Part shown: piece after piece, positions 37,004 through 47,697 of the stretch
How positions within the stretch are numbered: the stretch's first letter is position 1
Layout of the letters: each line of letters begins with the position of its first letter
Assembly: GCA_047975735.1 (NCBI GenBank)
Contig: JBKEEB010000016.1
Location: 32,123 to 96,122 of the forward strand
Reading direction: 5' to 3'
Source: Niabella sp.
GTDB lineage: Bacteria > Bacteroidota > Bacteroidia > Chitinophagales > Chitinophagaceae
Length of the DNA: 64,000 nucleotides
Program-made: the position numbers and the translations under genes
Notes under the pieces: generated by a model
Database searches by the model: none
What the model was told of the DNA's origin: nothing
Seen by the model: the letters and a program-made list of their open reading frames with translations, nothing else

Positions 37004-38482
37004 ATGAGTAAAGAAATAACTCCACGAAGCCAGGACTACTCCCAATGGTATAACGACTTAGTTTTAAAAGGCGGACTTGCAGACTATTCTGCTGTTAGGG
37101 GCTGTATGGTAATAAAACCTTACGGATTTACTCTTTGGGAAAATATGCGCGATGCCTTAGATAAAATGTTTAAGGATACCGGACATGTGAATGCCTATTT
37201 CCCGCTTTTTATACCTAAAAGTTTTTTAAGTAAGGAAGCTGCCCATGTAGAAGGCTTTGCTAAAGAGTGTGCTGTAGTAACCCATTACCGGTTAAAAAAC
37301 GCCCCTGACGGCAGCGGTGTAATTGTTGACCCCGAAGCTAAATTAGAAGAAGAACTAATAGTACGCCCTACAAGTGAAACCATTATATGGAATACTTATA
37401 AAGATTGGATCCAGAGCTATCGTGATTTGCCCATATTGGTAAACCAATGGGCTAATGTGGTAAGATGGGAAATGCGCACCCGGCTATTTTTGCGTACCGC
37501 TGAGTTTCTTTGGCAGGAGGGCCATACCGCCCATGCCACACAGGAAGAAGCCATAGAAGAAGCCCGTAAAATGCTGGAGGTATATGCCAATTTTGCAGAA
37601 GAATTTATGGCCGTACCGGTACTAAAAGGAGTTAAAAGTGAAAGCGAGCGTTTTGCCGGAGCTATTGATACCTATTGTATTGAAGCATTGATGCAGGACG
37701 GTAAGGCTTTACAAGCCGGCACCTCCCACTTTTTAGGTCAAAACTTTGCCAAAGCTTTCGACGTTCAGTTTTTGACCAAAGAAAACCAGTTAGAATACGT
37801 ATGGGCCTCCAGCTGGGGCGTAAGTACTCGTTTGGTTGGTGCTTTGGTAATGGCACACAGCGATGACCAGGGATTGATATTGCCTCCTAAAATTGCACCT
37901 TTACAGGTAGTTATTGTGCCTATTTACAAAGGCCAGGAGCAAAAAGACCAGATTGACAGTAAGGTAAACGAGATTGTATCGGATCTTAAAAAATTAAATA
38001 TCAGCGTTAAATATGATGATAACGACAACGCCCGCCCCGGATGGAAATTTGCAGAATACGAAATGAAAGGCGTTCCGGTAAGATTGGCTATTGGAGCCAG
38101 AGACCTGGCTAACAATGTTGTTGAAATTGCCCGCAGAGACACAAAAGAAAAACAAACTGTTAGTTTAGAAGGAGTGGCCGAATTTGTTCAAAATCTGTTG
38201 GATGATATTCAGAACAATATGTTTAATAAAGCAAAGGCTTACAGAGATGCGCATATAACACATGTTGACAAATGGGAAGACTTTGAAGCACTATTGGATG
38301 AAAAAGGAGGATTTCTTTTTGCCCATTGGGATGGTACTGCCGAAACAGAAGAGGCTATTAAAGAAAAAACAAAAGCCACTATTCGCTGCATACCCATAGA
38401 CGGGTGGGGTGCTGAAAGCGGCAACTGCATATATAGTGGCAAACCATCCACACAAAGAGTATTATTTGCAAGAGCTTATTAA
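37004..38482 (+). CDS. proS: prolyl-tRNA synthetase (archaeal/eukaryote-like class IIa form)
   Basis: 492 aa. Contains '[30 protein letters not shown]' and '[16 protein letters not shown]', and ends 'RVLFARAY'. Confidence 0.95.
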   Translation: MSKEITPRSQDYSQWYNDLVLKGGLADYSAVRGCMVIKPYGFTLWENMRDALDKMFKDTGHVNAYFPLFIPKSFLSKEAAHVEGFAKECAVVTHYRLKNAPDGSGVIVDPEAKLEEELIVRPTSETIIWNTYKDWIQSYRDLPILVNQWANVVRWEMRTRLFLRTAEFLWQEGHTAHATQEEAIEEARKMLEVYANFAEEFMAVPVLKGVKSESERFAGAIDTYCIEALMQDGKALQAGTSHFLGQNFAKAFDVQFLTKENQLEYVWASSWGVSTRLVGALVMAHSDDQGLILPPKIAPLQVVIVPIYKGQEQKDQIDSKVNEIVSDLKKLNISVKYDDNDNARPGWKFAEYEMKGVPVRLAIGARDLANNVVEIARRDTKEKQTVSLEGVAEFVQNLLDDIQNNMFNKAKAYRDAHITHVDKWEDFEALLDEKGGFLFAHWDGTAETEEAIKEKTKATIRCIPIDGWGAESGNCIYSGKPSTQRVLFARAY

Positions 38483-38502
38483 AATAAATAAAAAATACAG
38501 AT

Positions 38503-38997
38503 ATGGAAAACTATAACCCTCAAAATTACCAATCCGGTCAATCTATTGAAAAAGGAGTGTTTAATTCTTTAGAAGTAGATCAATCTAGCAAAGCAAATTT
38601 GGCAGAAGCTGCCAAATGGGCCAAATTTTTAGGCATTGTGGGTATTGTAATGCTGGTACTTATGATATTGGGAGGGTTAAGCATTGCTGTTGTAGGCTCC
38701 AGTGTTTTAAGCAATATGGAAGGGTATGGTGGCATGCCTTTTAGTGGTGCCATATTTGGTGGAATTTATATAGTAATAGCTCTTTTATATGCTTACCCTA
38801 CTTGGGCTTTATTTAAATTTGGCAGCCTGATGCGTTTGGCTGTACAAACCGAAGATCAAACAACGCTAAACCAGAGTTTTGGTTTTTTGAAAAAATTCTT
38901 TACTTTTTTTGGCATTTTAACCATTATAGTAATTGGCATTTATATATTAGGCATTATTGGCTTTGCTGTAGGTGCCGGTATAAGCGGGTTTAACTAA
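38503..38997 (+). CDS. membrane protein (resembles the DUF5362 family)
   Basis: 164 aa and three to four TM helices. The assignment is from memory of similar Bacteroidota proteins. Confidence 0.55.
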   Translation: MENYNPQNYQSGQSIEKGVFNSLEVDQSSKANLAEAAKWAKFLGIVGIVMLVLMILGGLSIAVVGSSVLSNMEGYGGMPFSGAIFGGIYIVIALLYAYPTWALFKFGSLMRLAVQTEDQTTLNQSFGFLKKFFTFFGILTIIVIGIYILGIIGFAVGAGISGFN

Positions 38998-40586
38998 TGT
39001 TCTACTTCTTTATAGTTAAAGCCGGGCAACCCGGCTTTTTTTGATTGCCTTTGTAATAAATATTTTTCCCTAATGATTCCTTGAACATTTTTATGATAGA
39101 GTTTACTTTCTAACCAGCTAATCACATCTAAATAGGCAAAAGCTCTGGCTTCTAAGCGGCTGTTTTGGTACTTCTTCAGCTTTTGTAACAACTTTTCAAA
39201 CTCGGGCTTAATGGTTACGGTATTAAACTGAAAAGATTTTTTTAAGAAATCCAGCATCGCTTTTTCTACATTGCTAATATTATCCATCTTACCCATGTAG
39301 CGGTAAACTGATTTTATAAGATATTCCATCAAATCATAATTACCCAATTCATAATGCGCTATTAGATGAAGCAATCGGCTGTAACATTGCAGATCGGTAC
39401 GCAGGTCGTCTTTTTGATTGATAATACGATTTAAATAATCAATACATTTTTCATTATCGCCACTGCCAAAATAAAGGCAGGCAATTTTATAGTAAAATAT
39501 CATTACCCGATGCCTGTCTAAATATTTTTCGTGTTGCACCAGCATCTCCTCTAAAAAAGGAACCATTTTTAACCCCTTGGTAAAGGTTCCTTCTAAAAAA
39601 TGTAGATTTAATATGGCTGTATATAAGTACACATAGGTTACAATCCGGTTGTTATTATTATTTTGAATAATATCGGACTTGGCAAAGTTTTTAAACTTCT
39701 TAATGCACTCCGCCAGTTTATCGCGGTTCATTAAATCAAAATGTGCACTCATTAAATTATGCATACCCTTCACATACATAGCCGTTTCTGCCTCAATCAT
39801 CTTTGGGTCTTCTTCAAACAAATCAACCCATTTCTGACAATACCTGTAATATTTTAAGAAATCTAATTTTATAAAAGCATACCATGCATAACTCTGAAAA
39901 AGATATACTTTTTCATAAAAATTACCGGCATCATCTTTCATATAATGCGAATAATCATCCAAAATTTCCTGCACGCTTTTAATATCCTTATCATTTCTAA
40001 CGTGGCCGTTTTGTATGTACCAACTATATAACAAAAGGTTCAGATTCGATAGCTTATTAATACGGTTCAACACATTGTTTACTATATCGGCCTCTTCTGT
40101 CAAAGCTTCGGCTCTGTTTTGTAAACTACGGGTAATATATAGGGCTTCAATCTTCTTTTCAAAATATAACGCTTGCTGCAAATAGGTAAACTGATTATGG
40201 CTTCGGGCTACTTCCTTTAACTTATCTAAAACTTTTAACACTTGCATGTACAGCCCTTTATTATATAAAATGCGGGCATAGTCCAGCATTTCCCTCAGTT
40301 GGGCATCAATATTGGTATTATCTTTTAAAACCCGTAAACTGCTTAATATTTGTTTATGTAATAAGGCTTTTGTATTAGACAGTTGTAGCTTGCTTACTGC
40401 CGGAGCCTTTTTAAGCAAGACTTTTTCATCATACTCGCCCATTTTATCCAAAGCATCAAACAGTTGCATGGTTTTAAGGCTTTCGGTACCGGTATTACGC
40501 GTAACAAAAAGCTTTAAATTCCTCTTTTCGCTTTTTTCAAGCGATTTTATTAACTGAAACAACGCATCGGTACTTCTATTGGGCAT
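38994..40586 (-). CDS. all-helical (TPR-like) cytoplasmic hypothetical protein
   Basis: 530-aa uninterrupted ORF with helical-repeat-like composition. Its stop overlaps the convergent gene's stop by 4 nt. Confidence 0.6.
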   Translation of the reverse strand: MPNRSTDALFQLIKSLEKSEKRNLKLFVTRNTGTESLKTMQLFDALDKMGEYDEKVLLKKAPAVSKLQLSNTKALLHKQILSSLRVLKDNTNIDAQLREMLDYARILYNKGLYMQVLKVLDKLKEVARSHNQFTYLQQALYFEKKIEALYITRSLQNRAEALTEEADIVNNVLNRINKLSNLNLLLYSWYIQNGHVRNDKDIKSVQEILDDYSHYMKDDAGNFYEKVYLFQSYAWYAFIKLDFLKYYRYCQKWVDLFEEDPKMIEAETAMYVKGMHNLMSAHFDLMNRDKLAECIKKFKNFAKSDIIQNNNNNRIVTYVYLYTAILNLHFLEGTFTKGLKMVPFLEEMLVQHEKYLDRHRVMIFYYKIACLYFGSGDNEKCIDYLNRIINQKDDLRTDLQCYSRLLHLIAHYELGNYDLMEYLIKSVYRYMGKMDNISNVEKAMLDFLKKSFQFNTVTIKPEFEKLLQKLKKYQNSRLEARAFAYLDVISWLESKLYHKNVQGIIREKYLLQRQSKKAGLPGFNYKEVEH

Positions 40587-40766
40587 TGTAATTGAAGATC
40601 TGTTTATTTATTGATTATCAGCTATATACAATATATTTACAAAATTTATCTACCGTAATTCCACGTAAAAAATAGTTTCCGGATTCTTATAAGAATAAGT
40701 ACCTTCAAACATACATAAAGCGAATATACACATTCGTTATTCTAAATCTTTAATTCTGTATAACAA

Positions 40767-41927
40767 ATGGCAAAAGAAAAAGTATTCATCTTCGACACTA
40801 CTTTAAGAGACGGCGAACAAGTTCCCGGATGTAAATTAAACACTGAGGAAAAAATAAAGTTGGCTCTAAAGTTAGAAGAGTTGGGCGTGGATATTATTGA
40901 AGCCGGCTTTCCGGTTTCCAGTCCCGGCGATTTTAAATCGGTTGAAGAAATTTCGCTCGCCATTACAAAAGCAACCGTGGTGGGGCTTACCCGCGCTGTT
41001 CAAAAAGATATTGAAGTGGCTGCCGACGCACTAAAAAAAGCTGTAAAACCACGTATTCACACCGGCATCGGCTCATCTGATAATCACATCAAATACAAAT
41101 TTAATTCTACGCGCGAAGAGATTTTGGAAAGAGCCGTAAAAGCTGTAAAACTCGCTCGTAATTTAGTGCCGGAGGTAGAGTTTTATGCCGAAGATGCCGG
41201 CCGTGCCGATTTAGCATTTCTGGCCCAATTGATTGAAGCCACCATTGATGCCGGTGCCACTATTATGAATATTCCGGACACAACGGGTTCCTGTCTGCCA
41301 CATGAATATCAGGCAAAAATGGAATACCTGATGAACCATGTTCCTAATATTGACAAAGCCATCCTTTCCTGCCACTGCCATAATGATTTGGGGTTGGCTA
41401 CAGCTAATTCCATTGCAGGTGCCATTGGAGGTGCCAGACAAATAGAATGTACCATTAATGGCATTGGCGAACGTGCCGGTAATACATCCTTAGAAGAAGT
41501 AGTGATGGTTATTAAAAAACATCCCAGCTTAAATCTATATACCAATATTGATACCACTAAGTTATTACCCATGAGCCGTTTGGTATCTGATACCATGCGT
41601 ATGATGGTACAACCTAATAAGGCCGTTGTAGGTGATAATGCCTTCTCCCATTCTTCCGGTATTCATCAGGATGGTTTCTTAAAAGAATCCACCACATACG
41701 AAATTATAGCACCCGAAGAAGTAGGTGCCGACACTTCGCATATTGTACTCACTGCACGTAGCGGACGTAGTGCATTGGCTTACCGCTTTAAGAATTTGGG
41801 ATACGAATTTGATCGCAATCAGGTGGACAACCTGTACCAACAATTTTTGGCAGTAGCCGATAGTAAAAAAGAGGTAGAAGATACCGATTTGAAAAAATTA
41901 GCCGATAATGTAATTGCAACAACTTAA
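40767..41927 (+). CDS. leuA: 2-isopropylmalate synthase, short form lacking the C-terminal regulatory domain (a citramalate/homocitrate-type enzyme cannot be excluded)
   Basis: '[11 protein letters not shown]' and '[12 protein letters not shown]' motifs. At 386 aa it is only the catalytic TIM barrel plus subdomain. Confidence 0.8.
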   Translation: MAKEKVFIFDTTLRDGEQVPGCKLNTEEKIKLALKLEELGVDIIEAGFPVSSPGDFKSVEEISLAITKATVVGLTRAVQKDIEVAADALKKAVKPRIHTGIGSSDNHIKYKFNSTREEILERAVKAVKLARNLVPEVEFYAEDAGRADLAFLAQLIEATIDAGATIMNIPDTTGSCLPHEYQAKMEYLMNHVPNIDKAILSCHCHNDLGLATANSIAGAIGGARQIECTINGIGERAGNTSLEEVVMVIKKHPSLNLYTNIDTTKLLPMSRLVSDTMRMMVQPNKAVVGDNAFSHSSGIHQDGFLKESTTYEIIAPEEVGADTSHIVLTARSGRSALAYRFKNLGYEFDRNQVDNLYQQFLAVADSKKEVEDTDLKKLADNVIATT

Positions 41928-41982
41928 TTTTATAAACCTATTTTTTTATACAACCCGTTTATATTAGAAACAATCACACGCT

Positions 41983-43110
41983 ATGTCAACTAAATTAACA
42001 AAAAAAATTGCCGTTATAGAAGGTGACGGCATCGGACCTGAAGTTACCCAACAATCTATTAAAGTTTTAAACGCAGTAGCCGAGCAATTTGGCCATCATT
42101 TTGAGTACAGCCATGTATTAATGGGTGCCTGTGCAATTGATAAAACAGGAACCCCATTACCACAAGAAACGATTGATATTTGCTTAGATAGCGATGCAGT
42201 TCTTTTAGGAGCCATTGGCGATCCCAAATACGATAATGACCCTGCTGCCAAAGTTCGCCCGGAACAAGGATTGTTAGGAATAAGAAAAGCATTACAATTA
42301 TACGCCAACATCCGCCCGGTTAACACTTACCCGGCATTACAGCATCTTTGCCCCTTAAAGCCGCAAAATGCTACTGATGTTGACTTTATTATTTACCGGG
42401 AACTAACCGGTGGTATTTATTTTGGTAAAAAAGAATTAAGCGAAGACGGAAACCGCGCCTCTGACGATTGTGTTTACACCAGACCCGAAATTGAAAGAAT
42501 TGCCAAGTTGGCTTTTGAACACGCACGCATCAGAAATAAAAAATTAACCTTGGTTGACAAAGCTAATGTATTAGAATCATCCAGACTTTGGAGAAAGGTA
42601 GTGCAGGAAATGGCTCCAAAATATGCTGATGTAACCGTAAACTATATGTTTGTTGATAATGCGGCGATGCAGATTATTGTTAACCCCAAACAATTTGACG
42701 TAATGCTTACAGAAAATATGTTTGGAGATATTTTGAGCGATGAAGCTAGTGTCATCAGCGGTTCTTTGGGTATGTTACCCTCCTCATCGGTAGGTAGTAA
42801 AGTAGCTTTGTTTGAACCGATACATGGCTCTTATCCGCAAGCCGCCGGTAAAAATATCGCCAATCCAATAGGTTCTATTTTATCAGTAGGAATGCTGTTA
42901 GATCATTTCGGATTAAACGAGGAAGCCCATATTGTTAGAGAAGCCGTAGCCTGGACATTACAAAACGGATTTGTTACAATCGACATTGACCCCGAAAATT
43001 CTTATTCCACAACTTCGGTAGGTGATTTAATTAGTGATTATGTAGTAGGAAAAATTCCCGGCTCCACCAAAGGTGAAAATATTGAAGCCCGAAAATCAAC
43101 CATTATTTAA
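41983..43110 (+). CDS. leuB: 3-isopropylmalate dehydrogenase
   Basis: 'IAVIEGDGIGPEV', 'YRELTGGIYFG' and 'NMFGDILSDEAS' motifs. Confidence 0.93.
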   Translation: MSTKLTKKIAVIEGDGIGPEVTQQSIKVLNAVAEQFGHHFEYSHVLMGACAIDKTGTPLPQETIDICLDSDAVLLGAIGDPKYDNDPAAKVRPEQGLLGIRKALQLYANIRPVNTYPALQHLCPLKPQNATDVDFIIYRELTGGIYFGKKELSEDGNRASDDCVYTRPEIERIAKLAFEHARIRNKKLTLVDKANVLESSRLWRKVVQEMAPKYADVTVNYMFVDNAAMQIIVNPKQFDVMLTENMFGDILSDEASVISGSLGMLPSSSVGSKVALFEPIHGSYPQAAGKNIANPIGSILSVGMLLDHFGLNEEAHIVREAVAWTLQNGFVTIDIDPENSYSTTSVGDLISDYVVGKIPGSTKGENIEARKSTII

Positions 43111-43214
43111 GAAAAACAAGTAAAAACCTGATTAAAAACCGGGCAATAAAATGAAGCTAAAGCTCATTGAGATTCGGAATCATTTATAATTTAGTTCTTT
43201 AAATACGATTTTTG

Positions 43215-43260
43215 TTAACATTGAAACATTATATTTGCGACACAACCATTTCAATGTTAA
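43215..43260. promoter_or_regulatory. 12-bp perfect inverted repeat bracketing the ilv leader promoter (candidate operator)
   Basis: TTAACATTGAAA (43215-43226) and TTTCAATGTTAA (43249-43260), 22 nt apart. The right arm contains the leader-peptide ATG, and the -7 box lies between the arms. Confidence 0.5.
43230..43237 (+). promoter_or_regulatory. candidate -7 box (TAtaTTTG) for the ilv leader and operon
   Basis: Exact TAnnTTTG match 17 nt upstream of the leader ATG, with a TTTG at 43211-43214 as a possible -33 element (spacing not ideal). Confidence 0.45.
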
Positions 43261-43352
43261 AAAAAATAATTAATAACAACATTAAAAACAACTACATCAT
43301 TGTAGTCATTATTGTTATTGTCATTTTACAACAAGGTGGTTATTATATCTGA
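43254..43352 (+). CDS. candidate ilv operon leader peptide (32 aa, Ile/Val-rich)
   Basis: Hand translation gives MLKKIINNNIKNNYIIVVIIVIVILQQGGYYI*. It has ten consecutive Ile/Val codons (43296-43325) followed by Leu, and 16 of 32 residues are branched-chain. It is followed by a terminator and then ilvD. Confidence 0.7.
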   Translation: MLKKIINNNIKNNYIIVVIIVIVILQQGGYYI

Positions 43353-43377
43353 TAACAATTTAATTAAAAGATAACAT

Positions 43378-43405
43378 GCCGCCTCCATAAAAGGCGGCTT
43401 TTTTT
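43378..43405 (+). terminator. attenuator terminator upstream of ilvD
   Basis: gccgcct-ccataaa-aggcggc followed by T7. It lies 26 nt after the leader stop and ~100 nt before the ilvD ATG. Confidence 0.75.
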
Positions 43406-43503
43406 ATGATGCTGCATAATCGAATGATAAAACAAGTCTGCCTATACCATTAGTGTGGCAATTAAGATGACAGATACACAAAAGTTGGTTAAACAAAAAT
43501 AAA

Positions 43504-45183
43504 ATGAGCGAATTAAACAAATATTCAAAAACCATTACACAGGATCCTACCCAACCTGCTGCGCAGGCACAATTATATGCCTTAGGGTTAACAGAAGAAG
43601 ATCTGGCAAAAGCGCAGGTAGGTATCGTAAGTATGGGGTACGATGGCAATCCCTGTAATATGCACCTGAACGATTTAGCTAAAGATGTAAAGAAAGGGGT
43701 ATGGGAGCAAACCCTTGTAGGGCTTATATTTCACACCATTGGTGTAAGCGATGGCATGAGTAACGGTACGCCCGGTATGCGCTACTCGCTGGTAAGCCGC
43801 GATGTAATTGCAGATTCAATAGAAACGGTTTGCGGCGCACAATATTACGATGCCCTCATTGCTGTTCCGGGTTGCGATAAAAACATGCCGGGTTCTATTA
43901 TGGCAATGGCCAGAATTAACAGGCCGTCCATTATGGTTTATGGTGGTACCATTGCACCGGGACATTATAAAGGTGAAGACCTGAATATTGTTTCAGCATT
44001 TGAAGCCTTAGGTAAAAAAATTGCCGGCACACTTGATGAAGGTGATTTTAAAGAAATAGTTAGACGGAGCTGCCCCGGTGCCGGTGCCTGTGGTGGTATG
44101 TACACCGCTAATACAATGGCTTCGGCAATTGAAGCAATGGGCATGAGTCTGCCATACAGCAGTAGCAATCCCGCCTTAAGCGAAGAAAAGAAAAAAGAAT
44201 GTTTAGAAGCCGGCAAATACATTCGACTGTTATTGGAAAAAGATATTAAACCCAAAGATATTATGACCCGTAAAGCATTTGAAAATGCCATTACGGTTAT
44301 TATGGTTTTAGGCGGCAGCACCAACGCTGTTTTACACTTATTGGCAATGGCTAAAAGTGTGGGTATTTCACTAACGCAAGACGACTTTCAGGCTATCAGT
44401 GATAAGGTGCCTGTTTTAGCCGACTTTAAACCCAGCGGAAAATATTTGATGGAAGACCTGCATAAAGTAGGCGGTGTACCGGCAGTAATGAAATACTTAC
44501 TGCAAAAAGGTTATTTGCACGGCGATTGCCTGACAGTAACCGGTAAAACCATTGCAGAAAATTTACAGGATGTTCCCGATTTGAATTTTGAAACACAGGA
44601 TATTGTTTCCCCACTCGAAAAGCCACTTAAAAAAACCGGCCATTTACAAATTTTATATGGCAACCTTGCCGAAAAAGGTAGTGTAGCCAAAATCAGCGGT
44701 AAAGAAGGAGAGCGTTTTGAAGGTACCGCCAGAGTTTTTGACGGAGAACAAAAATTGATTGCCGGTATCTCCGACGGAAAAGTAAAATCGGGCGATGTAG
44801 TGGTAATTAAAAACGAAGGACCTAAAGGAGCACCGGGAATGCCGGAAATGCTAAAACCCACTTCGGCCATTATTGGTGCCGGCTTGGGAAAATCAGTAGC
44901 ATTAATCACTGACGGGCGTTTTAGCGGCGGTACTCACGGCTTTGTAGTAGGGCATATTACCCCCGAAGCTTTTGAAGGCGGCTTATTGGGTATTGTAGAA
45001 GATGATGATATTATAGAAATTGATGCTGTTAACAACACCCTTACGTTAAAAGTGAGTGAAGAGGAAATTCAGAAACGTGTGGCCAACAAACCTACACCTC
45101 AATTAAAAGTAACAAATGGTGTATTATATAAATATGCCAAATTGGTAAAAGATGCTTCGCAAGGATGTGTAACTGATGAATAG
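43504..45183 (+). CDS. ilvD: dihydroxy-acid dehydratase
   Basis: 559 aa; '[20 protein letters not shown]', 'PGCDKNMPG' and '[11 protein letters not shown]' motifs. Confidence 0.95.
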   Translation: MSELNKYSKTITQDPTQPAAQAQLYALGLTEEDLAKAQVGIVSMGYDGNPCNMHLNDLAKDVKKGVWEQTLVGLIFHTIGVSDGMSNGTPGMRYSLVSRDVIADSIETVCGAQYYDALIAVPGCDKNMPGSIMAMARINRPSIMVYGGTIAPGHYKGEDLNIVSAFEALGKKIAGTLDEGDFKEIVRRSCPGAGACGGMYTANTMASAIEAMGMSLPYSSSNPALSEEKKKECLEAGKYIRLLLEKDIKPKDIMTRKAFENAITVIMVLGGSTNAVLHLLAMAKSVGISLTQDDFQAISDKVPVLADFKPSGKYLMEDLHKVGGVPAVMKYLLQKGYLHGDCLTVTGKTIAENLQDVPDLNFETQDIVSPLEKPLKKTGHLQILYGNLAEKGSVAKISGKEGERFEGTARVFDGEQKLIAGISDGKVKSGDVVVIKNEGPKGAPGMPEMLKPTSAIIGAGLGKSVALITDGRFSGGTHGFVVGHITPEAFEGGLLGIVEDDDIIEIDAVNNTLTLKVSEEEIQKRVANKPTPQLKVTNGVLYKYAKLVKDASQGCVTDE

Positions 45184-45289
45184 CCCCCATATCCCCAAAG
45201 GGGACTTGTAAAATTTTTAATAATGACTAATTTTTCTTTAAATAGTAAAAGTTTGCAAAAAGCTCCTCCTTTAGAGGGGTTGGGGAGGC
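45183..45289. repeat. two GC-rich hairpin-type repeats at the 5' boundary of the ORF6N insert
   Basis: gcccccatatccccaaaggggac (45183-45205) contains a cccc/gggg hairpin. gctcctcctttagaggggttggggaggc (45262-45289) belongs to the same family as the repeats at 22725-22752 and 22849-22877. Confidence 0.55.
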
Positions 45290-45792
45290 TTCATTCCATA
45301 CAAAACAGAATTTATGAACTCAGAGGTGAGCGCATCATGCTTGACTTTGACTTGGCTGCTTTGTATGAGGTAGAAACAAGAATCTTTAATCAAGCTGTAA
45401 AAAGAAATATTAAACGTTTTCCGGAAGATTTCATGTTTCGGCTTACAAAAAAAGAATGGTCGGATATGAGGTCACAGATTGTGATGACATCAAAAAGACC
45501 CTTGACTGCCTTACCTTATGCCTTTACAGAACAAGGTGTGGCCATGCTGAGCGGCGTATTGAATAGCGACCGGGCTATTCAAATGAATATTGCCATCATG
45601 CGAGCATTTGTTGAGATAAGAAAAATATTGTTACTACAAAACGATGTAACGGAGCAATTGAAATTGCTAAAAGACCGAGTCAGCGGGCATGATATACAAC
45701 TAAACCAGATTTATGATGCGCTGGAAAATCTTTTAGACGAAAAAGCAGCAGAAAGAAAATGGATGAAAGAGACAAGATCGGTTTTAAAATGA
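45223..45792 (+). CDS. ORF6N (KilA-N-related) domain protein inserted between ilvD and ilvB
   Basis: 'IYELRGERIMLDFDLAALYEVETRIFNQAVKRNIKRFPEDFMFRLTKKEW' matches the ORF6N domain pattern. The first ~25 codons are encoded by the GC-rich repeat, so the start is uncertain. Confidence 0.75.
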   Translation: MTNFSLNSKSLQKAPPLEGLGRLHSIQNRIYELRGERIMLDFDLAALYEVETRIFNQAVKRNIKRFPEDFMFRLTKKEWSDMRSQIVMTSKRPLTALPYAFTEQGVAMLSGVLNSDRAIQMNIAIMRAFVEIRKILLLQNDVTEQLKLLKDRVSGHDIQLNQIYDALENLLDEKAAERKWMKETRSVLK

Positions 45793-45872
45793 ACAAAAAA
45801 CTTAACTAAATTATGTGTCCTTGTATTTTTTTAAAGAAACACAAAGACTGATACAAAAATAAATTATAAATC

Positions 45873-47615
45873 ATGAACACGCTTGAAATACAAAAAGAAA
45901 AAACCAACGTAGAGTCTGCAAAAGCAGAAACCATAACCGGCTCTCAGGCTGTATTAGAAGCATTATTGGCCGAGAACGTAAAAACCATTTTTGGCTATCC
46001 CGGCGGTGCCATCATGCCTATATATGATGCATTATACGATTACAATGATAAATTAGACCACATCCTCGTTCGTCATGAACAAGGCGGCATTCACGCAGCA
46101 CAGGGATATGCCAGGGTAAGCGGAAGAACAGGCGTTGTTTTTGCAACCAGCGGTCCGGGTGCTACCAACTTAGTTACAGGCCTTGCCGACGCACAAATTG
46201 ATTCTACACCGCTGGTTTGTATTACCGGACAGGTATTTGCCCATTTATTAGGTACAGATGCTTTTCAGGAAACGGATGTAATAAATATTACAGCACCGGT
46301 AACCAAATGGAATTACCAGATTACCGATGCCAACGAAATACCACATGTATTAGCAAAAGCATTTTATATTGCTGCCAGTGGCAGGCCGGGACCGGTTTTA
46401 ATTGATATTACAAAAAACGCACAAATTCAAAACTTTGAATATAAAGGCTACGAAAAAGTAAACCATGTACGCAGCTATCGCCCACAGCCAATTGTAAGAA
46501 AAGAATATGTAGAGCAAGCAGCCACACTAATTAATGAAGCCAAAAAACCTTTCGTAATTTTTGGTCAGGGTGTTGTTTTAGGCAGGGCCGAAGAAGAATT
46601 TAAAGCTTTTATTGAAAAGGCAAACCTACCGGCAGCCTGGACGATTATGGGCATGGGTGCCATTCCTACTACACATCCCTTAGGAGTAGGCATGTTAGGC
46701 ATGCATGGTAATTACGGCCCCAATGTACTCACAAATGAATGTGATGTGTTGATTGCGGTGGGCATGCGTTTTGACGACCGTGTTACAGGCCGGTTAGACA
46801 AATATGCCAAGCAGGCCAAAGTTATCCACTTAGATATAGACCCTGCTGAGATTGATAAAAACGTTAAAACAACGGTACCTGTTTGGGGCGATTGTAAAGA
46901 AACCCTTCCGATGTTAACGGCCTTATTACAACCAAAAGGCAATAGCGAATGGTTAGCAAAATTTAAAGAATTTGAAAAACAAGAACAGGAACAATGCATA
47001 CAACCGGAAATGCACCCGGAAGGGGAAGTAATGAGTATGGCCGAGGTAGTGGATGCTTTAAACGAACTCACTAAAGGCGAAGCCGTAATTGTAAGCGATG
47101 TGGGTCAGCACCAAATGATAGCTTGCCGGTACGCGCAATTAAATAATTCTAAAAGTAATGTTACATCCGGTGGGCTGGGCACAATGGGCTTTGGGTTACC
47201 CGCAGCTATTGGAGCCAAACATGGCGCACCAGACCGCGAAGTAATTGCTATTATTGGCGATGGCGGCTTTCAAATGACTTTACAGGAATTAGGTACCATC
47301 ATGCAATTTGGAGCCAAAGTAAAAATATTAATACTCAACAACTCCTTCCTTGGCATGGTACGACAGTGGCAGCAATTGTTTAACGACAAAAGGTATTCTT
47401 TTGTAAATATTACCAGCCCGGATTTTGTGAAACTTGCTGAATCCTATTACATCTCCGGACAAAAAATTGACAAAAGAGAAAATTTAAAAGCGGCTTTAAA
47501 AACAATGCTGGAACATGACGGTGCATATCTGTTAGAGGTTATGGTTGGTAAAGAAAACAATGTATTCCCAATGGTTCCACAGGGGTGTAGCGTGGCTGAA
47601 ATAAGGTTGAAATAA
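45873..47615 (+). CDS. ilvB: acetolactate synthase large (catalytic) subunit
   Basis: 580 aa; ThDP enzyme motifs 'GYPGGAIMPIYDAL', 'GPGATNLVTG' and 'GDGGFQMTLQEL'. Confidence 0.95.
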   Translation: MNTLEIQKEKTNVESAKAETITGSQAVLEALLAENVKTIFGYPGGAIMPIYDALYDYNDKLDHILVRHEQGGIHAAQGYARVSGRTGVVFATSGPGATNLVTGLADAQIDSTPLVCITGQVFAHLLGTDAFQETDVINITAPVTKWNYQITDANEIPHVLAKAFYIAASGRPGPVLIDITKNAQIQNFEYKGYEKVNHVRSYRPQPIVRKEYVEQAATLINEAKKPFVIFGQGVVLGRAEEEFKAFIEKANLPAAWTIMGMGAIPTTHPLGVGMLGMHGNYGPNVLTNECDVLIAVGMRFDDRVTGRLDKYAKQAKVIHLDIDPAEIDKNVKTTVPVWGDCKETLPMLTALLQPKGNSEWLAKFKEFEKQEQEQCIQPEMHPEGEVMSMAEVVDALNELTKGEAVIVSDVGQHQMIACRYAQLNNSKSNVTSGGLGTMGFGLPAAIGAKHGAPDREVIAIIGDGGFQMTLQELGTIMQFGAKVKILILNNSFLGMVRQWQQLFNDKRYSFVNITSPDFVKLAESYYISGQKIDKRENLKAALKTMLEHDGAYLLEVMVGKENNVFPMVPQGCSVAEIRLK

Positions 47616-47625
47616 AGGCAAAATG

Positions 47626-47688
47626 AAAAAATAAAAAGTCGAAATATCGAAAAACAATTTCCCAACACCTTTTTACTTTTTATTTTTT
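47626..47688. repeat. 14-bp perfect AT-rich inverted repeat just upstream of the four-helix-bundle gene
   Basis: aaaaaataaaaagt (47626-47639) and actttttatttttt (47675-47688). Downstream of the gene, aactttttaattt is directly repeated (48105-48135 region). Confidence 0.6.
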
Positions 47689-47697
47689 ACTTATTAA

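Noticed and set aside
40587-40766. A Leu-rich leader peptide upstream of leuA, analogous to the ilv leader.
   Set aside because: The spacer contains no ATG and no terminator-like GC-rich hairpin, only short AT-rich palindromes.
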